This document shows positions 1-9,400 of a stretch of 64,000 nt of DNA, piece after piece. Under the pieces are notes generated by a model. The model was not told the DNA's origin, ran no database searches, and saw only the letters and a list, made by a program, of their open reading frames with translations. The translations under genes were made by a program, and so were the position numbers. The first letter of the stretch is position 1. Every line of letters starts with the position of its first letter. Source of the DNA: Diplonema japonicum (taxonomy: Eukaryota; Protista; Euglenozoa: Diplonemea); contig OZ025755.1 in assembly GCA_964019335.1 (NCBI GenBank), forward strand, positions 1 to 64,000. The letters run 5' to 3'.

Positions 1-72
1 GGGTTTGCGGGTTTGCGGGTTTGCGGGTTTGCGGGTTTGCGGGTTTGCGGGTTTGCGGGTTTGCGGGTTTGC
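1..72 (+). repeat. (GGGTTTGC)x9 telomere-like octamer array, running off the window start
   Basis: Nine perfect copies; the same repeat recurs at 4266-4289. Confidence 0.95.
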
Positions 73-380
73 GCCCCCCGCCTTCAGCCCCCAGCACGGG
101 AGACTGCGACGGACGAGCGGGCGAAGGCTCTCTGTCCACACCGGAGGGGGCCGAATGTGCCTCCATCCCGTCCGACTCGCACAGGTCCGCGGCCATGGAC
201 ACCACGGGCGCCTCCGGGAACCTCTCGACGCCTTCCGACTGGATGGGGGACTCCTCCTCCCCGTCCGCCTCGAAGAGAACCCGCGCCACGTAAACTTCGT
301 CTGACTCTAGTTGGACTGGGAACCAGGGGCGGACCGCAGGCCCCCTGACGTCCAGCAACTTGGTATTCCCATCCGAAAAA
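73..380 (-). pseudogene. Internal coding fragment (~100 open codons, FSDGNTKLLDVRGPAVRPWFPVQLESDEVYVARVLFEAD...) fused to the octamer array
   Basis: Stop-free minus-strand frame with GC-rich, coding-like composition and no clear start or stop; product unknown. Confidence 0.45.
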
Positions 381-387
381 TTTTTTT

Positions 388-900
388 AAAAAGGGGGACT
401 TGAGAAAATAAATAAAAAGGGGGACTTGAGAAAATAAATAAAAAGGGGGACTTGAGAAAATAAATAAAAAGGGGGACTTGAGAAAATAAATAAAAAGGGG
501 GACTTGAGAAAATAAATAAAAAGGGGGACTTGAGAAAATAAATAAAAAGGGGGACTTGAGAAAATAAATAAAAAGGGGGACTTGAGAAAATAAATAAAAA
601 GGGGGACTTGAGAAAATAAATAAAAAGGGGGACTTGAGAAAATAAATAAAAAGGGGGACTTGAGAAAATAAATAAAAAGGGGGACTTGAGAAAATAAATA
701 AAAAGGGGGACTTGAGAAAATAAATAAAAAGGGGGACTTGAGAAAATAAATAAAAAGGGGGACTTGAGAAAATAAATAAAAAGGGGGACTTGAGAAAATA
801 AATAAAAAGGGGGACTTGAGAAAATAAATAAAAAGGGGGACTTGAGAAAATAAATAAAAAGGGGGACTTGAGAAAATAAATAAAAAGGGGGACTTGAGAA
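388..900. repeat. 26-bp minisatellite (AAGGGGGACTTGAGAAAATAAATAAA), ~19.7 copies
   Basis: Period of 26 read directly (units at 391, 417, ...). Confidence 0.97.
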
Positions 901-1261
901 TGTTTTTTTTTTTTTTTTTTTTTCAAAAGACACACAAGGCACGATAAACCTTAAGAGAAAATAAAAATGTTCCAAAACAGACAATCAAGTTCCAACCTGG
1001 GAGGAAGGCATGGGTTTCTCTTTTTCTTTATGGGAGGGGGAGGGGAAGAAGAAGAAGCAACTCCAAATGATAAAAATTCAAAAATAAAAATCTCAAAAAA
1101 GGCTTAAAAGAAGAAGAGGCAAATTCAAAAACATACTAGGGAGGAATGAGTGGGGCAGGGGGTAAAATTTAGGAGGGGGAAAGAGGGAGAATCAAAAAAG
1201 GGGAAAGGGGCAGAGTGACCAATGTCCATGCGAAAAAGCATAGAGCGGGGGAAGAAGAAAA

Positions 1262-1729
1262 TCAAAAACAGGAAAAACACATCACCACAAAAGAAAAAGA
1301 AGAAAAAAAAAAAATGTGCCTCCTTGTGCCGGTTGCAGCCCCAGGTGCCGGGATTCTGGGTGCCAGGGGTTGGGCTCCAGGCGTTCCCACCTCGGTCCGC
1401 TTCAGCCCCATTGCAGGGTCATCTGGCTTCTGTTCCAGGGCGGCCTCGTGTTCCTCTCTGCGGGCCCTCCTCCTCCCTTCTTTCCTCGCACGACGGTGCC
1501 TTTTCTTCTCCTGTCTGGCAGCCTCCCTCGCCCCCTCCCTCGCCTTGGTCCTCTTCTCCCGACGCCTCTGAAGGGCCGTTTCGCTCCTGTGCCTCCTCCT
1601 GTTCTTCTTCCGCTTGGGCGCTGGCTTAGGTTCCCTGCCACCCATGGCAATCCAGGGGGCTCTTTTCTGTCTTCTCACAAGGGTGTGCAGTGGTGCTCTC
1701 ACGTCGCTCGCAGCCTCCGCCCCAACCAC
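1262..1729 (-). CDS. Arg/Lys-rich basic ORF inside the element (possible downstream exon or second ORF)
   Basis: PKRKKNRRRHRSETALQRRREKR...; preceded by a pyrimidine tract and CAG near 1767; no recognisable domain. Confidence 0.35.
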   Translation of the reverse strand: MVGAEAASDVRAPLHTLVRRQKRAPWIAMGGREPKPAPKRKKNRRRHRSETALQRRREKRTKAREGAREAARQEKKRHRRARKEGRRRARREEHEAALEQKPDDPAMGLKRTEVGTPGAQPLAPRIPAPGAATGTRRHIFFFSSFSFVVMCFSCF

Positions 1730-1866
1730 ACCTTGGCGGGCGGTGGGGGTGGGTGCTGGGTCCCCCTGGTTGTTTGAAAAGAAAAAAGGTTCCTCCTTGT
1801 TTGTTTTTTTTTTTCTTTCCCTTCCACCCTCAAAAAAAGCCCCCGGCCCTTGGGGACCAGGGTGTA

Positions 1867-2330
1867 CACCTCCGTAGAGGGTCCAGAAAAAATGGGGGGC
1901 AGAGAGGGAGGGGCACTACCTTCTCTCGGGCGTGCTGTCTCTCCCTCTGCCTTTTTTTCCTCCGAAGAGGGTCTGTTTTTCACCTCCGTGGAGGGTCCCT
2001 CTGGAGAGGGCTCTATAAAAGAAAAAGGGGGGGACGAATGGGGGGGAGGAACACTACCCTCTCTCGGGAGTGCCACCTCTTCCCCTCTCTCTCTGTTTTC
2101 CTCCGAAGAGGGTCTGTTTTTTACCTCCGTGGAGGGTTCCTCTGGAGAGGGCTCTAAAAATGAAAAAGGGGGGGACAAATGGGGGGGAGGAGCACCACCC
2201 TCTCTCGGGAGTGCCACCTCTTCCCCTTTCTCTCTATTTTCCTCCGAAGAGGGTCTGTTTTCCTCCGAAGAGGGTTCTAAAAAAAAAAGGGGGGCGGGTG
2301 GGGCACTATCCTCTCTTGGGAGTGCCACCC
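1867..2330. repeat. ~141-bp imperfect tandem repeat, ~3 copies
   Basis: TCCGAAGAGGGTCTGTTTT recurs at 1961, 2102 and 2243. Confidence 0.85.
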
Positions 2331-2423
2331 CCCCTTGCCCACAAAAAAGGGGATCTAAAAAAGGGGGTTCGTCTGTTAACCCAGGGGATGGGTCTTCCTG
2401 GGGTGTGCGGGTGAGCTTGGGGC

Positions 2424-3332
2424 CTACCGCACGCAGGGTGATCGACACCCTGACACCAGTGGACATCCCGGACGGGATGTGGTGCGTCCACTGGTGTCTC
2501 GCTTCACCTTCCAACAATCCCATGAGAAGGGGGGCACCAGGTATTTCGCCACCCTGTCCCCCCTCCTCATGACCATTGTGGTCTCGGCTCCGTACGAGAG
2601 GACTAGGACAATCGGTCCCAGCCTCGCGTCGTCCTTGTGGGCGGCAATCCCACAACCAGACTTGTACTTGTTGACAAGTACCTGGTTGGGGACCACCTCG
2701 AGCCCTGCGGCGGCGGCCACCTCCCTCACCCACCCCTCCGCCCCCCCTGGGATCCCCGTGGTGGGGCGCACCTTGGCGTTCGTCCCCTCCCACCGGTACC
2801 CGTATTGGAGGGTCTCCCTCCCTGAGTTCCCAGACAGGGCCTCCCACTTTCCTGAAAGCAGGGCTTTCGGGAAGGCAGGGGCCGGGCCCGTCCTCAACCC
2901 GGGAGGGTGTTCACCATACACCAGTACCCACCCCTTTTTTTCTCCCTCTTTTCTTCCCTCTTCAACAATAGCAGGGTCGGCTGCAGGGGTCGTGGTCGCG
3001 GCGGTCGTGGCTGCGGCAGGGGCGGCTGCGGCGGTCTCAGTTGCGGCGATCAGGGCGGCAGGGTCGGCTGCGGCGTTCAGGGCGGCTGGGGCGGCCGTGG
3101 CTGTAGCAGCGGCGGTCAAAACCGCGGTCTCTGCTAGTGATTTTTTTATTTTATTTTTTTTTTCTAAAGGGGGGTGGGGGGATCTAGGGGGTGGGGGTGG
3201 GGATTCATACTGCCCAACCAGATAGTCTGGTTGGGTCGGCCCTGGCGTCGTGTGCAGCCTGGCGGCCTGTCGGGGTTCCTTCTCCCTGCGGTTTGCGCGG
3301 TCACCTCCTCTTGCGTTCCGTCTTGGATCCAT
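2424..3332 (-). pseudogene. AlkB-family 2OG-Fe(II) dioxygenase, split by a 1-nt frameshift near 2524; the second frame continues to a stop at 1699
   Basis: Frame 1: LQYGYRW...PNQVLVNKYKSGCGIAAHKD...GPIVLVLSYG. Frame 2: MGLLEGEARHQWTHHIP...RVSITLR. Together they give the full HxD...H...RxxxxxR set. Confidence 0.85.
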
Positions 3333-3504
3333 TTTTTATTTTTTTTATTTTTTTTTAAAGTGTGTGTTGGGGGAGGGGATCCTTTCGGTAAGCGGCGGGC
3401 AGGCCGACAGGCAAAACAACCCCCCCGGACGACGGCGACGACGGACGACGGACGCAGCAGCAAACCCAGGCAGAGGCGGCAGGCACCAGCAGAACACGAA
3501 CGAC

Positions 3505-3541
3505 CAATAAAGTACAGAAACTGTAGCTTTAGAATCGTTGG
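3505..3541 (-). other. Spliced-leader exon copy 1 (37 nt)
   Basis: CCAACGATTCTAAAGCTACAGTTTCTGTACTTTATTG; 3' part CAGTTTCTGTACTTTATTG is the conserved kinetoplastid/diplonemid SL core. Confidence 0.9.
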
Positions 3542-3547
3542 AACGAC

Positions 3548-3584
3548 CAATAAAGTACAGAAACTGTAGCTTTAGAATCGTTGG
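3548..3584 (-). other. Spliced-leader exon copy 2, tandem with copy 1 (43-nt unit SL+GTCGTT)
   Basis: Identical 37-mer separated from copy 1 by GTCGTT. Confidence 0.9.
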
Positions 3585-4264
3585 GCTTTCGGGAAGGCAG
3601 GGGCCGGGCCCGTCCTCAACCCGGGAGGGTGTTCACCATACACCAGTACCCACCCCTTTTTTTCTCCCTCTTTTCCTCCCTCTTCAACAATAGCAGGGGT
3701 CGGCTGCAGGGGTCGTGGTCGCGGCGGTCGTGGCTGCGGCAGGGGCGGCTGCGGCGGTCTCAGTTGCGGCGATCAGGGCGGCAGGGTCGGCTGCGGCGTT
3801 CAGGGCGGCTGGGGCGGCCGTGGCTGTAGCAGCGGCGGTCAAAACCGCGGTCTCTGCTAGTGATTTTTTTATTTTATTATTTTTTTTTCTAAAGGGGGGT
3901 GGGGGGATCTAGGGGGTGGGGATTCATACTGCCCAACCAGATTGCCTGGTTGGGTGGGTCTCGGCGCCGTGTGCTGCGGGCTGCGGGCTTGCTCCTGCGG
4001 GCTGCGGCTGCGGCTGCGGTCACCTCCTCCTGCGAGTCGTCTTGGATCCATTTTTTTTTTTTTTTTTTTTTGTTTTATAGTGTGTGTTGGGGGGGAGGGG
4101 ATCCTTTCGTTGAGCGGCGGGCAGGCCGACGGGCAAAACAACCCCCCCGGACGACGGCGACGACGGACGACGGACGCAGCGGCAAACCCAGGCAGAGGCG
4201 GCAGGCACCAGCAGAACACGAACGACCAATAAAGTACAGAAACTGTAGCTTTAGAATCGTTGGT
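3585..4264 (-). mobile_element. Second, 3'-truncated copy of the element (SL, 5' UTR, ORF start), breaking off near the start of the AlkB domain
   Basis: Near-identical to 2862-3541 except for a diverged first coding segment (MDPRRLAGGGDRSRSRS vs MDPRRNARGGDRANRR). Confidence 0.8.
4227..4264 (-). other. Spliced-leader exon copy 3 (38 nt, ACCAACG...TTATTG)
   Basis: Separated from the (GCAAACCC)n repeats by a single extra G. Confidence 0.9.
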
Positions 4265-4265
4265 C

Positions 4266-4289
4266 GCGGGTTTGCGGGTTTGCGGGTTT
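4266..4289 (+). repeat. (GCGGGTTT)x3 junction repeat
   Basis: Same octamer as 1-72; the last TTT merges into a T14 run (4287-4300). Confidence 0.9.
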
Positions 4290-4524
4290 TTTTTTTTTTT
4301 AAAAAGGGGGACTTGAGAAAATAAATAAAAAGGGGGACTTTAGAAAATAAATAAAAAGGGGGACTTGAGAAAATAAATAAAAAGGGGGACTTGAGAAAAT
4401 AAATAAAAAGGGGGACTTGAGAATGTTTTTTTTTTTTTTTTTTCCCCTTCAAAAGACACACAAGGCGCGATAAACCTTAAGAGAAAATAAAAATATTCCA
4501 AAACAGACAATCAAGTTCCAACCT
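4287..4524 (-). mobile_element. 5'-truncated 3' end of the element (A14 tail, ~4.7 copies of the 26-mer, ~100-bp shared segment)
   Basis: 4424-4524 matches 901-998, then diverges abruptly. Confidence 0.8.
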
Positions 4525-4886
4525 CTCTGTAGGGGTCGTGCTGCCCCCGTTGAAGTCGAGGCAGATGGCGTTGTGGAAGCTGGTTGCCGTGTCGCCGACT
4601 TCCCAGTTTCGTCACCACCACCATCATCCCGTCCCTCCCCAGAGGGGCCACCCCGTTCCGCCCCTCCTTCGTGATGTAGTACCACCTCCAGTCCTGCGTG
4701 AGTGATGTGGTTCGCCGTGAACTTCAGGGCCCCCTGCCCCGCCGCCGCGAGCATCCCGTCAGCACGTTCTGGTCCCCCTTCCTTGCAAGCGTAGTTCCTC
4801 GACGCTGGCGGACGCCTTCACGTAGCCGCACCCGTGAGCCATCCGGACAGCGTTGTCACGCGCACACAAGGGGCCAGCAGCATCAT
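4525..4886 (-). pseudogene. Degenerate gene relic truncated by the element
   Basis: ATG at 4886 behind an acceptor-like region; broken frames; GC-rich. Confidence 0.3.
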
Positions 4887-6487
4887 TGTGTGTGAGTGTG
4901 TGTTGGTGATCCTGTTTGCTTGTTTGTAGAAATAGAATAATACGACATTGAAGAAGAAGAAGAAAATAAATAGAAAAAGAGAGGTGGAGGAAGAGAAGAA
5001 GATGGGTGTGGAAGCGAGTGTAAAAAACTGTATTCCCCTTTTTCAACACACAAAGGGCAAAAAACACAGTTCAACACAGGAAACAAAAATACCTTTCATC
5101 GTTCATAAAAGAGGGGTGGGGAATAGAAAAAAAGAAAAGAGAAACAAAACAGGAGGGGGGGGAGGAGGAGGAGGAGGACAGGACAGTTAGATTAGAGTGC
5201 AGGTTGTATAGAGGCAAAAAAAAAGGGGGAGAAAGCGAGAAAACAATTTCTTTCAGTTACTGCGTATTGTTACTTTTCTATGTTAGAGACTACCTCGTAA
5301 CAAGAAGAAAGTACGAAAAATCTCAAGTTCAAAAAAAAAAAAGAGAGACATTTAAGGGTACCTGCGGTATGTGGCAGGACGCCTAAAAAAAGGGGGGGGG
5401 GGCTGGAGGATAAGAAAGGAGGGGATTAAAGAATCGGTTGTGGAATATTGCGAATATGAATGGACGGATCTGCACTCTGTCTTGTCTTTAAAAAAAATGA
5501 AAAATATATATTATATATGTTTCAAAAAAAAAAATAAATAAATAAAAGAGAGGGAAAGGGACAAGTTGTTAAGAAAGAAAATCCTTTATGATGAGAGAGG
5601 AGTCAAAAAGTGAGGAAGCCCCAGGACTAATAGAATCTACCGAGGTTTTCCTTATTTTTTTTTTCTTCTTCTTTTTTTCTTATTTAGCAGTGATAAATGA
5701 GGGAGGAGAGGGAAGAGAACATAAGGCATTCCAAGTCTATAAGGGAAATAAAAGAGGGGAAGCAAGCTTTACGCGCTCTGTATTCTTTTTATTTTCCTTA
5801 TGAGGAGAAAATTTTTTAAGGGCAACGGGAGGGGGAAGGGAACCAAATATTTCTTTTTTTTAAAAAAAAGGGGGTGGGTGGATTAAATCAAACGTGTTTT
5901 CCTCCGGTGATAGCGCAGACTTCTCAAGCATTTCCCTTTTTCATTTCTTTTTTCTCCCCACCACCCCTTCTTTGTTTCCCCTTAAGCCAAGCTTCTTCTT
6001 TTCTTTTCTTCTTCATGAACCCCTCAGCTCAGGGGGAGGAAGGGGTGGTGGAGGAAAAAGGAAAAAAAAAAAAGGAGGAGCAAGAAGAAGTAAACTAATT
6101 GCTAATATGTAGTCTCCCCCCCCCCTCTTCTCTTTCAAGTAAGATAGATAAGAAAGAAGGAGGGGGGGGGGGGGGGAAAGAAACCGGTTCAGCTCGTATT
6201 TATATCACCGAGTGGAGAATTATTGAGGAGAGGGCTCAAAGATAACTTTAAATACCCCTGGTTTTGGTTTTAAGAAGAAAAAAAGGGGGAAACGAAGATG
6301 TTGGGAAGGAACGGTCAAAAACAAGGAAAAGAATGAAACGACGAAGAACACAAAAAAGCTTTCTTCATCTTTCTTTTTTTTCACTCTTGCTGTTTTATTT
6401 CCGTTGTTGTTTTTCTCCTTTCCGTCCTCTTTCCTTTTCTCTCGTTTCAAAATTGGTCTTTTTTTTTCTTTTTTTTCCCCCCCTCCT

Positions 6488-9400
6488 CTAATTCCCTTGC
6501 GCGGACGCCTTGCACCCCCTCGAGGGGCTGATGGCCGCCGCCACAGGACGAGACCAGGCTCCCACCATGTCGTGGGCGGTGTTCCAGAAGAAGGCCCCAC
6601 CGTTGCAGGGGTACGCCTCCTTCAGCTCATTCATCACTCTGACAGCCTGCTGCGGGTTGCTGTTGAACTCTCCGCACCCGCTGATGCAGAAGCCGAACAC
6701 CACCTTTGTCGGGTCGTTCTCGAAGACCTCCACCACGAGGGTCGTGAGGTGCGCCAGGGCGGAGTCGAAGACGCCACCGTTGATCCCGTCCGTGTTGGGG
6801 TGCGTCACCCCGTTGTAGTACTGCGGCATGATGAAGTTCACAGTTGCGGCCACCTCCCGCATCACCTCGAAGTAGCCTGTCCCGGGCAGAAGGTCGCTGT
6901 CCAGTGGGGAGTGGGTCACGAGGCTTCCGACGGGGAGCCTCTCCCTCAGTTCCAGGGTCGTCACCCTCAGGAAGTTCCGCGCCTCCGCTCCCTTCGAGAA
7001 CGACGAGCCGCGCTGCCCGTCCTGGTAGTAGTACAGGTAGTCGATGTTGATCCCGTCGAAGCCCTGCCTGTCCGCAATGGCGGCCAGCTGCTGCGCCAGG
7101 TGCACCTCCTTCCCGAAGCAGTGCTCCCAGCAGTCGTTCAGCCCGTCCCAAGAGCCCCCCATCTCCCCCCCGCCGAAGGAGAGTATCACCTTCTTCCCGG
7201 CGGCCCTCCACCTCGCCACGAGCCCCGGCTGCGGGGAGTTGTCGCACACCGCAACAACGGGTATCAGGTCGCACTGCTCGTTGCACTGGTTCATCCCTGG
7301 AGCCCAGGTGTAGGTCACCGCAAAGGAAACCAAGACGTGTGTGTAGGCCTCCATCTGCGCGTCTGTCGGGCACGCCAGCCAGTTCCCGACGGAGGCGATG
7401 AGCCTGCTGTCCACGGCTGGAGGGGTGTGGGGGATCCCCTCTACGCCACTGCTGCACCCCTTCGAGGGGCTGATGACCTGCTCAGAGAGAGGACGAGACC
7501 AGGCGCCGTTCGCGTCGTTCTCAACGTTCCAGAAGAAGGCCCCACCGTTGCAGGGGTACGCCTCCTTCAGCTCATTCATCACTCTGACAGCCTGCTGCGG
7601 GTTGCTGTTGAACTCTCCGCACCCGCTGATGCAGAAGCCGAACACCACCTTTGTCGGGTCGTTCTCGAAGACCTCCACCACGAGGGTCGTGAGGTGCGCC
7701 AGGGCGGAGTCGAAGACGCCACCGTTGATCCCGTCCGTGTTGGGGTGCGTCACCCCGTTGTAGTACTGCGGCATGATGAAGTTCACAGTTGCGGCCACCT
7801 CCCGCATCACCTCGAAGTAGCCTGTTCCGTGCACGAGGTCGCTGTCCAGTGGGGAGTGGGTCACGAGGCTTCCGACGGGGAGCCTCTCCCTCAGTTCCAG
7901 GGTCGTCACCCTCAAGAAGGTCTGCGCCTCCGCTCCCTTCGAGAACGACGAGCCGCGCTGCCCGTCCTGGTAGTAGTACGGGTAGTCGATGTTGATCCCG
8001 TCGAAGCCCTGCCTGACCGCAATGGCGGCCAGCTGCTGCGCCAGGTGCACCCCCTTCCCGAAGCAGTGCTCCCAGCAGTCGTTCAGCCCGTCCCGAGAGC
8101 TCCCCATCCCCGCCCCGCCGAAGGAGAGTATCACCTTCTTTCCGGCGGCCCTCCACCTCGCCACGAGCTCCGGCTGCGGGGAGTTGTCGCACACCGCAAC
8201 AACGGGTATCAGGTCGCACTGCTCGTTGCACTGGTTCATCCCTGGAGCAGTCACCGCAAAGGAAACCAAGACGTGTGTGTAGGCCTCCATCTGCGCGTCT
8301 GTCGGACACGCCTGCCAGTTCCCGATGGAGGCGATGAGCCTGTTGTCGTCTTTGTGGATGGTGTTCGCACCACCACCACCACCAGTCTCGTCCCTGATAG
8401 TGATGGTCTGCGTTCTGTTGCTGCCCGAGGCGGTGGCCCCGCTGCACACCGATGTATTGAAGAAAGGGACGATGGACCACACACGGCTGACAATCCACGT
8501 GCTCGCATCACGAACCGGGTCGCTGTCCACGTAGAAGATGTCGAACTCCTGCCTGCAAGGGGAGACCCCCTCCGCTACCCCGAGCTCCATCGGGTCCGTC
8601 GACTGCTCCGTGTTCACGCGGACGTCGGCGGGGAAGGAGGAGGATACGAAAGCAGGCGGGGCCGGTTCCAAAGTTATAATCTGCGCCACCGTCTCCGAGA
8701 TCCCTCCGCACACTGGGTTGTCATGGAGCTGCCACGTCACCTCCATGAAGGTGGACCCGCATATCCTGTTCGGGAAGTCTGTCGCGGGGAGGATGCTCTG
8801 ATTCAAAAGCTTCACCTGCGCCCCTTCCGTGCACTCGGGGTCGATGAACCGAGAGAGCGGCTTCAGGCTCTCCAGGTTGATTTCCTGGTCGCAACGGAAG
8901 GTGTAGGAGGTGGCCCCTCCGAGGACTGGGGGCCTTCGCACCACCATCCCCGCCTCCGTGCTGATGTCGTTCGTGAGGCGATCCTGGTTCTCCAGCGCCT
9001 TGTCCGCCATCTTCGACACCATCCTGTTCTGCGTGTTCTCCACGCTCGCCTCGTAGCTCGCCTGGCTGCTGAAGTCGTACGGCATGTCTTCCAGCGTCAC
9101 CATCTCCTCCGAGCTGGACAGCCCGCCCCCGGTTCCCTTCCCCCCGTAGGTGCGCACCCCGCCCCTGAAGCCCGACCCCATGGCCGCCGATGCGTCCGTC
9201 CCGAACGGCACCATCACCGTCGTCGTCTCCAGAGAGGGCATCGGGACCTCCATCCCCGAGTGGACGTTCTGCAGCCCCGGGTTCTCATCCTTTGACTCGT
9301 CTACAACCCTCGTCTTCCGCGACATCTCATCCGACTTCGTCTTCACCTCCCCCGCAGCGAGGGCCACCTCCTCCATGCACTGCGGGTCCGCGTAGCTCGG

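Larger units (their letters stand above)
381..3541 (-). mobile_element. SL-headed, oligo(A)-ended retro-copy/retroelement (~3.2 kb) carrying an AlkB-like ORF
   Basis: Minus strand: SL (3541-3505), 5' UTR, A-tract+ATG (3332), AlkB ORF, 141-bp repeats, basic ORF, 3' segment shared with 4287-4524, 26-bp array, oligo(A) at ~381-387. Confidence 0.65.

Noticed and set aside
388-900. 26-bp array as a CRISPR array, and the long ORFs across it (84-935, 307-984)
   Set aside because: There are no spacers or cas genes and the context is eukaryotic; the ORFs are just translations of a stop-free repeat.
3505-4264. SL copies as bona fide SL RNA genes
   Set aside because: Although each is followed by GT, there is no evident Sm site or T-tract terminator, and copies 1 and 3 lead into a UTR and ATG. 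Not fully excluded.
381-4524. Autonomous retrotransposon or hammerhead ribozyme
   Set aside because: No RT, endonuclease or CTGANGA...GAAA core was recognised; the hairpin noticed near 3510-3530 is the SL stem-loop.
6404-9295. 963-aa plus-strand ORF and other long antisense ORFs (e.g. 9404-11017)
   Set aside because: These are shadows of a GC3-rich minus-strand gene, with no independent protein features.
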